From positions 1 through 43,903 of the forward strand of contig JABABY010000002.1 in the NCBI GenBank assembly GCA_014237955.1: a stretch of 43,903 bases of DNA, read 5' to 3'. Origin of the DNA: Planctomycetota bacterium (lineage in GTDB: Bacteria > Planctomycetota > Planctomycetia > Pirellulales > UBA7805). Below the pieces are notes generated by a model. That model had not been told where the DNA came from, did not search any database, and saw only the letters and a list, made by a program, of their open reading frames with translations. Made by a program: the position numbers and the translations under genes. Shown one piece after another: positions 35,292 to 42,846 of the stretch. The stretch's first letter is position 1. Each line of letters starts with the position of its first letter.

Positions 35292-38018
35292 ATGACCTCA
35301 CGGTTTGGTTTTGTATGCGCGGCACTGGTAGTTGGGATCATTAGCCTCACTGCTAAGGGCACTGCCGAATCACCTTCGGGTGTGTCTCGGCTTGATACCT
35401 ATACATCTGCTGATGGCGAAACGTATTTTGCCTTGAGCCTCAAGCCAAATGCCAGTGATGCCTCTCCGGCGAATACGGAGGTTGTCGTTCTGTTCGATAC
35501 CTCGGCCAGTCAGTTTGGCGAATACCGGACAGCGGCTCTGGCAACACTTAGAAAATTTCTGAAACAAGCTGGGAACAATGATCGCGTAAAATTAATTGCA
35601 GTCGATTTAGACGCCACGCCCCTCACAAACGGTTTCGTTGCACCCGGTAGTGCAGCCCTCGATGAGGCCCTGGAAAAACTAAACCGCCGTGTTCCGCTCG
35701 GGTCTACCGATATGGAGAAGGCAGTCGAGTCAGCAGTCGATAGTTTTCAAAAGTCTGGAGATGGTAAGCGGGCTGTTGTGTATATCGGAGATGGTCAAAG
35801 TGCCGCCAAAAAGGTCGCCGGGGAGAATCTCCGATCCCTCATCGGTCAATGTGTGGAAAAGCGATTACCAATTACCAGTTATGCAATAGGTCCAGGTGCC
35901 CAACCGTTTTTTTTAGCGACTCTGGCAAACCAAACAGGTGGTCGGGTGCTGTTAGATGGTTCTCAGATCAACCCCGATGGTGCAGCAAGGGAGTTGGCTG
36001 CTGCAGTCAAGGGAACAGTGGTCTGGCCAGAAGGTGTGACCTGGCCACAAGGAGTGACCGCGTATCCGAATCCACTGCAACCGCTGCGAACCGATCGAGA
36101 CAATATTGTGGTGGGGAAAGGCGCGACTATAGTTAACTCCAAGATAGAACTAAACGGCTTGGTCGATGGCGAAACGCGCACATTCTATTTTGATCAGCCC
36201 GCTTCTAAGTCGGAAGCTGCAAACAGCTACCTTGCAAACCTTGTAACAGAGGCCGCAAAGAACAGTGGACTGACCTTGGCAACATTAGGCACTTCTGGCC
36301 TTGGAAAAATCCGCCAAGGGATAGCACATAATGTTGAATCCCTGAATCGATTGGCACAATCAGCATCTTCCGTAAACAATTCCGGGGCTGCGGGACGATT
36401 GGCCCGAGGCGCGCAGAAACTCGATCCGGAGGATCCGGATGCCAATGCCATCCTCCGACATGATAGGCAATTGTCGAGCGACGACCACAATTTACTCGAT
36501 GGATTTATTGATGACTCAGGTGAGGGTATCGACACAGTTCGCCAGAGGCAACAAGTGGTTACAGATGCCGTCAAGACAGATACTAAAGAGACTCTGGAAA
36601 AAGCCAATCGTCTTATGGCCGTAGATCCACAGACTGGCGAAGAACTTTTAAAGCTCCAATTGGACAAGGTGCGAGACGCACTCGACTTAGATCCCGATGT
36701 TCGTTTACAGCTTGAGAATGAACTCAAGTCCGCTGTCCGGTTAGCGGGTACGAGAAAAATCGAGCATGACCAAGAACGCCGGGAACAGCAGGAAGTTGAG
36801 GCACGGAAAATCGAACGACAGCGACTTGTTACGGATTTAGAGCGAAAGCAACAGGCAATGAACGCGATGATGGTCCGCTTCTCATCGCTTATGAAAGAAG
36901 ATCGCTACGATCAGGCAGAACTAACTGTGGCCGAGGTGCAGCAAGTGAGCAGAGACAATGCCCTGTTGCCCGACCCCGCTATCACCGCGGCCAGCGAGAG
37001 TTCACATAATACAATGATGTACGAGGAGTATCTGGTAGCAGTCCAGCAATACAACCGCGGAGTGACTCGCCAATATCTGGATGTACTGAAGTCATCGATT
37101 CCTATGCCCATTGATACGCCTATTATTTATCCAGATGCTCAACAGTGGCAAAGTTTAACAGAGCGCCGCAAAAAATGGTCAGAGGTAGACTTGCAGATAA
37201 AAAGCGCTGCTGAAAAAAAGATACTTAAAGAGCTTGATGAGATCATTGGGCCAGAAGTTATCGACTTTCCTGATCCGACACCTTTGGTTCTGGTCCTTGC
37301 GCGGATCTCAGCCAGTACTTCTACTCCCGGACAAGATGACGGTATGCAAATCCAACTCGACGACAGAAATCTTGAGGAACTGGGCATCGCCTCCGACACA
37401 CCGGTTCAAATGAAGGTTGCGGGTATTACGCTTCGGTCGGCCATAAAATTGTTATTGCTAAAAATCGATCCGGAGTTGACGTACACGATCCAAGATGAAG
37501 TACTTATGATTACGACAAAAGAAGCAGCAACAGAGAATTTAACAACAAAGGTCTACCCGGTTGCCGATCTTGTCTTGCCGATTACGCTCGATACCACTGG
37601 TGTTGGCGGCTTTGGGAGCAATACTTCTGGCGGGATGATGGGTTTTGGCGGTATGGGAGGTGGTCAATCAGCCGGCATGGGCGGTATGGGTGGTGGCGGC
37701 ATGGGTGGTGGCGGCATGGGTGGTGGCGGTATGGGTGGCGGTATGGGTGGTGGTGGTGGCGGCGGCATGTTTAGTGATCAACGCCTGAAGACCGATATTG
37801 AGCCGATTGGAATGAGTCCCTCCGGGATTACCATCTACCGGTTTCGCTATTGGGGCGACTGCCGCCTCTATGAAGGTGTTATGGCTCAGGAATTACTCGA
37901 GACCCACCCGGAAGCTGTTGTCTTGATGCCGAGCGGATTCTATGCAGTGTTATACGACCAAATCGACGTTGAGTTTTTTGAGTTGTCGGGCGCTGAGCCC
38001 ATCCTTACTGGTCCTTAA
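35292..38018 (+). CDS. Secreted multidomain protein: vWA (MIDAS), coiled coil, STN-like module, Gly/Met-rich tract and C-terminal peptidase S74-type intramolecular chaperone (tail-fibre) domain
   Basis: I prefer the ATG at 35292 (MTSRFGFVCAALVVGIISLTAKG, a signal peptide) with GGAG 8 nt upstream. The DxSxS MIDAS motif, VVVLFDTSAS, starts at 35496. The central part is charged and helical. ITLRSAIKLLLLKIDPELTYTIQDEVLMITT, followed by KVYPVADLV, resembles the secretin/TonB N-terminal short domain. A G/M-rich tract spans 37599-37772. SDQRLKTDIEPI...YRFRY...GVMAQELLETHPEAV, from 37773 on, matches the endosialidase-chaperone (S74) domain, including the Ser-x4-Lys dyad. Confidence 0.85.
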   Translation: MTSRFGFVCAALVVGIISLTAKGTAESPSGVSRLDTYTSADGETYFALSLKPNASDASPANTEVVVLFDTSASQFGEYRTAALATLRKFLKQAGNNDRVKLIAVDLDATPLTNGFVAPGSAALDEALEKLNRRVPLGSTDMEKAVESAVDSFQKSGDGKRAVVYIGDGQSAAKKVAGENLRSLIGQCVEKRLPITSYAIGPGAQPFFLATLANQTGGRVLLDGSQINPDGAARELAAAVKGTVVWPEGVTWPQGVTAYPNPLQPLRTDRDNIVVGKGATIVNSKIELNGLVDGETRTFYFDQPASKSEAANSYLANLVTEAAKNSGLTLATLGTSGLGKIRQGIAHNVESLNRLAQSASSVNNSGAAGRLARGAQKLDPEDPDANAILRHDRQLSSDDHNLLDGFIDDSGEGIDTVRQRQQVVTDAVKTDTKETLEKANRLMAVDPQTGEELLKLQLDKVRDALDLDPDVRLQLENELKSAVRLAGTRKIEHDQERREQQEVEARKIERQRLVTDLERKQQAMNAMMVRFSSLMKEDRYDQAELTVAEVQQVSRDNALLPDPAITAASESSHNTMMYEEYLVAVQQYNRGVTRQYLDVLKSSIPMPIDTPIIYPDAQQWQSLTERRKKWSEVDLQIKSAAEKKILKELDEIIGPEVIDFPDPTPLVLVLARISASTSTPGQDDGMQIQLDDRNLEELGIASDTPVQMKVAGITLRSAIKLLLLKIDPELTYTIQDEVLMITTKEAATENLTTKVYPVADLVLPITLDTTGVGGFGSNTSGGMMGFGGMGGGQSAGMGGMGGGGMGGGGMGGGGMGGGMGGGGGGGMFSDQRLKTDIEPIGMSPSGITIYRFRYWGDCRLYEGVMAQELLETHPEAVVLMPSGFYAVLYDQIDVEFFELSGAEPILTGP
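37686..37730 (+). repeat. Three near-perfect tandem 15-nt units (atgggtggtggcggc, encoding MGGGG) inside a longer G/M-rich coding tract (37599-37772)
   Basis: Read directly from the sequence. The units occupy 37686-37700, 37701-37715 and 37716-37730. Degenerate copies flank them on both sides. Confidence 0.9.
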
Positions 38019-38105
38019 GATCGCTTGAGAAAAAAATATTTAAGCACGACAGAAAAGTTATCTGGACTAAGTGTATAAGAGATTTGCTTTGTGGAGAACG
38101 AACCT

Positions 38106-40091
38106 ATGCTGAAACAATTCAAGCCATGTACCAATCAGCCAAGCAGCCGTTTATTGCTGATGGTCCTAATGTTGATCGGTTTTTTAGCCATCTCCAAAGC
38201 AGATGCTAACCCACCAGTTGCAGTCAATGATGGGAAAAGCCTTTTTGCACCAGATGCAAACCAAAAAGTTTCCACGGATGTGCAGAATGCAGTGATACCG
38301 ACAAAGCGGGGCGTGGCTAGCAATGCGTCCAGCTCCAAAGTATCACCAGAGACATACTCTAGAGCCAAATTGAATGTAGAGCGGAAAGCAGGCGATGGTT
38401 GGGAGGCCGCGTACTATCGTTTTCTACAGGAGCATCGTGTTCGTCCCAAGCTAATCCGCTCGAAGGTACGTCAACTCGTTCAGGGAGATCCCCAAGATCT
38501 GGAGCAGGCTATTGCGCTCATCCGCGCTTCGCTGCGGGCAGGTCAGGTACAGCCCTGGATGTACGAAGCACTGGCACTAGCCATGCAAATGAATAATATG
38601 CCGGCATCTGAGGTTGAGCGGGTTCTGATGTCTTCTGCTGATTTTGCCACGACACCCCACCAATTGGTTTTTTTGGCCGATTATATGGGACGCCTCGGCA
38701 ACCATGCCCGCGCTCTTGATTTGTTGCACCAGGCAACTTTGCGCACACAGGGCTTTCCCGAAGCGTATGTCAAAGCCCTTGCGTTGGCCGTTTACTTGCA
38801 AGATGACGACGCCATCAAATGGACCTCTCTTGGCATTCTGGGACAGGAATGGCCAAAAGAGGAATCGGATATAACTGCGAAGGCTCGCAGAAATGCCGAG
38901 GCATTGCTCGCTCGCCTGCGCGAGGAAGATAAAAATGAAGAGGCCGACCAATTTGCAAAGCAGCTCGGAGAAGTTCTGCAGCGGGATGTCGTCGTGAAGG
39001 TGTCTTGGAGCGGGGAAGCTGATGTCGATCTGATGGTTGAGGATCCGACCGGGAGCATCTGTTCCTACCACCAGCCTCGGACCGCTGGCGGGGGCGTTCT
39101 TATGGGAAATCCCAATGATACTTTGGATCGATCCGCTGGGTCGGGGTACGCTGAGGCGTATTGCTGTCCCGAGGGCTTTGCCGGAGATTACCGCATCCTG
39201 CTGCGACAGGTTTGGGGAAAAATTTCCGCCGGGCGCGTGACGGTAGATGTTTGGAATCATTCCGGTACAGAACGGGAAATTCATTTTCGACAAGTTATTC
39301 CCCTGGACGACAATGGGGCCATTGTGACATTCAATCTGGAGGAAGGGCGCCGCAAGGAGTCGTTAGCAGATCAGCAAATTGCCAATGACATTACGAATCA
39401 ATTGGCAGTCAATCGCACGATCCTGGCACAGCAGATCGATGCGGTTTCGGATTCCGATGTTTCTCTGAGCCAAGCTGCTGCTAGTCGCTTGCGTCAGCCT
39501 TCAACGATTGGTAACCGGCCAGTATTCAGTCGATCTGCAGTAGGATACCAACCACAAATTACCGTTCTCCCTGTGGGTGTGACCATGCAGGCAAACGCAG
39601 TCGTTTCGGCCGATCGCCGTTATGTGCGTATTACCTGCATTCCGTTCTTTTCCCACATCAAGGGAGTCGTCCAATACAATATTCAGACCGGCGTTACCGA
39701 GCAGGGACAAACGGATACTGCGTTTGCTGATCTCGATATTGGGATTGATAATGACAATAATGATGGTGACAATGAGGACCAAAATACTGGAGAACTGTTG
39801 CTCACGATAGTCAACACGTCTCTTGCCCCTGGCGGTTGTACCGTGGCAATTGTCTCGCGTACGGGCCCCACCCAGGAGGCCCTGACCGTGACCGTTACCT
39901 TTGACAATACCCTGGCAACAGTGTGGTGGCCATCCACATTGTGTGTGGCCCCCTCAGTGACCGCGGTCACCATTCCTGCAGGGGATAGTGGTACAGTCTT
40001 TTCGGTCTCAGGATTGGTTGCAGGTTCCGCGGTCATTCAGGTAACGGCACCAGGGTATGTGGCTGATAGCGACACCATAGCAATCAACTAG
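38106..40091 (+). CDS. Secreted hypothetical protein with helical-repeat N-terminal half, a DUF2135-like beta domain and a C-terminal Ig-like domain
   Basis: The ATG at 38106 has GGAGAA 9 nt upstream. The signal peptide reads RLLLMVLMLIGFLAISKADA. The segment VVVKVSWSGEADVDLMVEDPTGSICSYHQPRTAGGGVL...GYAEAY...GDYRILL (38988 to about 39270) resembles the DUF2135-type domain seen at the C-terminus of bacterial VIT/vWA proteins, as I recall it. An Asp/Asn-rich linker and a Big-like C-terminus follow. Confidence 0.8.
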   Translation: MLKQFKPCTNQPSSRLLLMVLMLIGFLAISKADANPPVAVNDGKSLFAPDANQKVSTDVQNAVIPTKRGVASNASSSKVSPETYSRAKLNVERKAGDGWEAAYYRFLQEHRVRPKLIRSKVRQLVQGDPQDLEQAIALIRASLRAGQVQPWMYEALALAMQMNNMPASEVERVLMSSADFATTPHQLVFLADYMGRLGNHARALDLLHQATLRTQGFPEAYVKALALAVYLQDDDAIKWTSLGILGQEWPKEESDITAKARRNAEALLARLREEDKNEEADQFAKQLGEVLQRDVVVKVSWSGEADVDLMVEDPTGSICSYHQPRTAGGGVLMGNPNDTLDRSAGSGYAEAYCCPEGFAGDYRILLRQVWGKISAGRVTVDVWNHSGTEREIHFRQVIPLDDNGAIVTFNLEEGRRKESLADQQIANDITNQLAVNRTILAQQIDAVSDSDVSLSQAAASRLRQPSTIGNRPVFSRSAVGYQPQITVLPVGVTMQANAVVSADRRYVRITCIPFFSHIKGVVQYNIQTGVTEQGQTDTAFADLDIGIDNDNNDGDNEDQNTGELLLTIVNTSLAPGGCTVAIVSRTGPTQEALTVTVTFDNTLATVWWPSTLCVAPSVTAVTIPAGDSGTVFSVSGLVAGSAVIQVTAPGYVADSDTIAIN

Positions 40092-40101
40092 AGTCAATCC
40101 A

Positions 40102-41526
40102 ATGAAACCAATGGCGAGTCATCCAATGGCAGGTTGTTTACGATTGTTGTTACCGGGCGTTTTTCTCGCGATGGTCGGATTGTTATCCTCCACCGCTGGA
40201 AACCAGGCCTTCGCCCAGTTTGGTGGTGGTGGATTCAATGCCTCGCAGGTCGGTGGGGTGGCGATCGATGCCCAAGGTGCGATTGCCGATTTAAGGCCAC
40301 AGGTCCGCCAGGAAATCGCAAACAAAAGGGATCGGTTGGCAAGAGAAGTTCCCGCAGGCATGCAGGAGGGAGTTCGCCTACGCAAGATCTCCCTGCGGGC
40401 ACTGCAGGAGGCAATTTCCCATGCCCAGACGGCCGGTGAAGGGCAGACGCTTTCGCCCCAGATCCGTTATCTTGGCGGAATCCAGCGTATCCAGTACGTT
40501 TTTGTCTATCCCGAGAAAAACGATATTGTGCTTGCCGGGCCGGGCGAGGCTTGGCGTATCGACGATTTGGGACAAGTTGTGGGGGCCACGACTGGACGTC
40601 CGGTGATTCTCCTGCAGGACTTCCTGGTCGCTCTTCGCGCAGCGTTTGCTCCCGAGGTGGCGCCGATTACCTGTTCGATCGATCCGACCCGGGAGGGAAT
40701 CAAAAATCTTAGGACCCTCATGGCCAGCTTTGGACGGCTGAACGGGCCAGCCCAAGTGGAGCAAGTTGTTGCTAGAAAACAGGATATTGAAGAGAGTCTT
40801 GGTCCGCAGAGAGTCTCCGTTTCGGGGGTGGATCCTGCGAGCCGGTTTGCCTGGACGCTCGTCGTTGCGGACTACCGGATGAAATGTCTTGGGATGGGTT
40901 TGGAGCCAGCACCGATTGTGGGAATGCCGAGTTACTTAAAGATGCTCAAATCGCACTCGAAAGATTTTATGCCTCGCTGGTGGATGGAGACCGATTACGA
41001 AGCACTGTTGACCGATGCTGCGGGACTCGCGTGGGAATTGCGAGGCCAAGGGGTCAAGGTCCTCGCAGAAGATGAACGGATCAGTGCCGATGGTAAACGG
41101 ACACGTACTGGAAAAGTAAATAAGGTGGCCCGCAAGTGGGCCGAGACGATGACCGAAAAATATGACGAGCTTTCTGTTGTCGATCCAATTTTCGGGCAGT
41201 TGCGCAACTGTATGGATATGGCCGTAGTAGGTGCTCTTCTTCAGAGCGAAAATTTACCCCAAAAAGCCGGATTGAGCATGGATGGGCTGCTCGATACGGA
41301 AAGCTTGGCCACACCTGCAGGGACCGTTCCGCAAAGCACGCCGTCGATTGTCAGTTTTCTCAAGCGGCCCCGATCCTTGGTGATTACGGCTTCAGGGGGT
41401 GTGTGGATCAATCCTTATGAGGTGATTGAACACCAAGAGATAAGCAAGCAACTGGCGACAGAGAGGAGCAGTGCGATCACCAAGCTGCGCCAGGATGTCG
41501 TGCCGGGCAATTGGTGCTGGGACTGA
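40102..41526 (+). CDS. Secreted hypothetical protein, DUF1598-like (planctomycete family; assigned from memory of the motif pattern)
   Basis: The start is 10 nt after the upstream stop. The signal peptide reads LRLLLPGVFLAMVGLLSSTAGNQAFA. The motifs LRKISLRALQEAI and IRYLGGIQRIQYVFVYPEKNDIVLAGPGEAW are what I associate with DUF1598 proteins of Rhodopirellula-type genomes. Confidence 0.78.
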   Translation: MKPMASHPMAGCLRLLLPGVFLAMVGLLSSTAGNQAFAQFGGGGFNASQVGGVAIDAQGAIADLRPQVRQEIANKRDRLAREVPAGMQEGVRLRKISLRALQEAISHAQTAGEGQTLSPQIRYLGGIQRIQYVFVYPEKNDIVLAGPGEAWRIDDLGQVVGATTGRPVILLQDFLVALRAAFAPEVAPITCSIDPTREGIKNLRTLMASFGRLNGPAQVEQVVARKQDIEESLGPQRVSVSGVDPASRFAWTLVVADYRMKCLGMGLEPAPIVGMPSYLKMLKSHSKDFMPRWWMETDYEALLTDAAGLAWELRGQGVKVLAEDERISADGKRTRTGKVNKVARKWAETMTEKYDELSVVDPIFGQLRNCMDMAVVGALLQSENLPQKAGLSMDGLLDTESLATPAGTVPQSTPSIVSFLKRPRSLVITASGGVWINPYEVIEHQEISKQLATERSSAITKLRQDVVPGNWCWD

Positions 41527-41706
41527 GAATCCTCTAGGCGTGATTTGTTTCCCTCCTCTGGCAGTTAGCATTTTCCAAAAAACATAGAGGTTTTTTAGGG
41601 AAAGCTATCTCTGCACCGGTCTCGACAAGTGGTGTTTTATTCTTGTTGGCCCTAAATCGAGGTCGCGACAACGCGACGGAACGAAAAATAGGTCCAAGTG
41701 GAGTAG

Positions 41707-41731
41707 TTTCAAAGCTAAGAATGCTTTGAAA
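41707..41731. promoter_or_regulatory. 9-bp perfect inverted repeat upstream of CDS 41785 (candidate operator or hairpin)
   Basis: TTTCAAAGC (41707-41715) and GCTTTGAAA (41723-41731), separated by 7 nt, end 54 nt upstream of the ATG. Confidence 0.25.
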
Positions 41732-41784
41732 TAGACTTCTGGAGAACAAAAACACAATTCTACTTCCATTTGAGAGGACCACAA

Positions 41785-42708
41785 ATGAAAGACTATCGGT
41801 GTTTTCTTTTTGTTTTGTTTGTTCTAACCCATAGTCCATCGATTGCGGGACCCCCAGAACAGGATCCGTTAAAGCAAATCGACGCCCTGTTTCGGAGCAC
41901 CTACAGCCACGCGCGCAAAACACTTTTACAGGACGCGGGTCCGATCATTATCGCAAGTGGCGAGGATCTTACGCTTTTGCAGGATGGAAAAGAAAGCAAA
42001 GGTATCGCGCCCCCTACCGGTTATCGTGCCTTGACCACCGTTTCCCACATTACCTTAACCATATTTCTCTTGATGGAACCGTATGGTGAGGGATTGCTTT
42101 CACCCGAACGGATTGAAAAGCTTGAGCAATTAAACCACCTCGCGGGTGCCGCAAAGCAGTCTGTTGCAAAACAACTGTCCTTTAATGCATCCTTGGCAGA
42201 AGCACAACACAAGCTGATCGATACGAGTCGAGCGTTTGCGCAAAAGATTGTTGCCCAGCGAAAGTGGAAGCGAAAAGAATTAGCCGATTTTTTGGAAACA
42301 GTGAAACCACAGATACTCACCAATGTGCAACTGGCAGCGAAGTTCCGAATTGATCACTTCCACCGGCAAATGACCGCCTGGAAACAAACCATGCGTCAGG
42401 AAGAGTGGGATCGGTTGCATGTCGTGGTTTTAGGTGCATCGATGCCGAGAAAAAATAATCTTGCCGTGCAGTATTTTTCAAAGCTCCTAAGTGTCCGAGG
42501 TGAAGGCCACAAAATCACGTATGCGGAGTCGATTTTTAGCAACCAGCGAGCATTGCAGATTTTGGGAACCAATCTTCTTGACACGCAGATTGGCGAGGGC
42601 TACTTCGCGGACCCGTGGCGTATGCATCGAGATTTATTGGGTAATGCTGCTGCGGTTTACCTCGATGGGACAACGCTTGCATTCCCGGATTCGCCAGAGG
42701 AACTTTGA
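41785..42708 (+). CDS. Secreted hypothetical protein
   Basis: The ATG at 41785 has GAGAGGA upstream. The signal peptide reads FLFVLFVLTHSPSIAG. 307 aa, largely helical; I recognised no family. Confidence 0.65.
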   Translation: MKDYRCFLFVLFVLTHSPSIAGPPEQDPLKQIDALFRSTYSHARKTLLQDAGPIIIASGEDLTLLQDGKESKGIAPPTGYRALTTVSHITLTIFLLMEPYGEGLLSPERIEKLEQLNHLAGAAKQSVAKQLSFNASLAEAQHKLIDTSRAFAQKIVAQRKWKRKELADFLETVKPQILTNVQLAAKFRIDHFHRQMTAWKQTMRQEEWDRLHVVVLGASMPRKNNLAVQYFSKLLSVRGEGHKITYAESIFSNQRALQILGTNLLDTQIGEGYFADPWRMHRDLLGNAAAVYLDGTTLAFPDSPEEL

Positions 42709-42846
42709 TATTGGTGATTCTGTTGTCGTTGCCAAAACGCATTGTGCGGCAAACTTCCAATCTTGCAGGATAATACACCGGGGTGGTCGTTGTTGGCGAT
42801 ACGAAAGTCATATCGCGGCTATTATCAATAAAGCCAGAGATTTTCT

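Noticed and set aside
37599-37772. Tandem 15-nt repeats, considered as a possible CRISPR or non-coding satellite.
   Set aside because: The units are contiguous without spacers, in frame, and encode the MGGGG tract of a long ORF. This is a coding microsatellite, not a CRISPR array.
41557-41596. CCTCT ... AGAGG followed by TTTTTT after the DUF1598-like gene, considered as its terminator.
   Set aside because: The stem is only 5 bp and encloses a loop of about 26 nt, so it is not a convincing intrinsic terminator despite the T-run.
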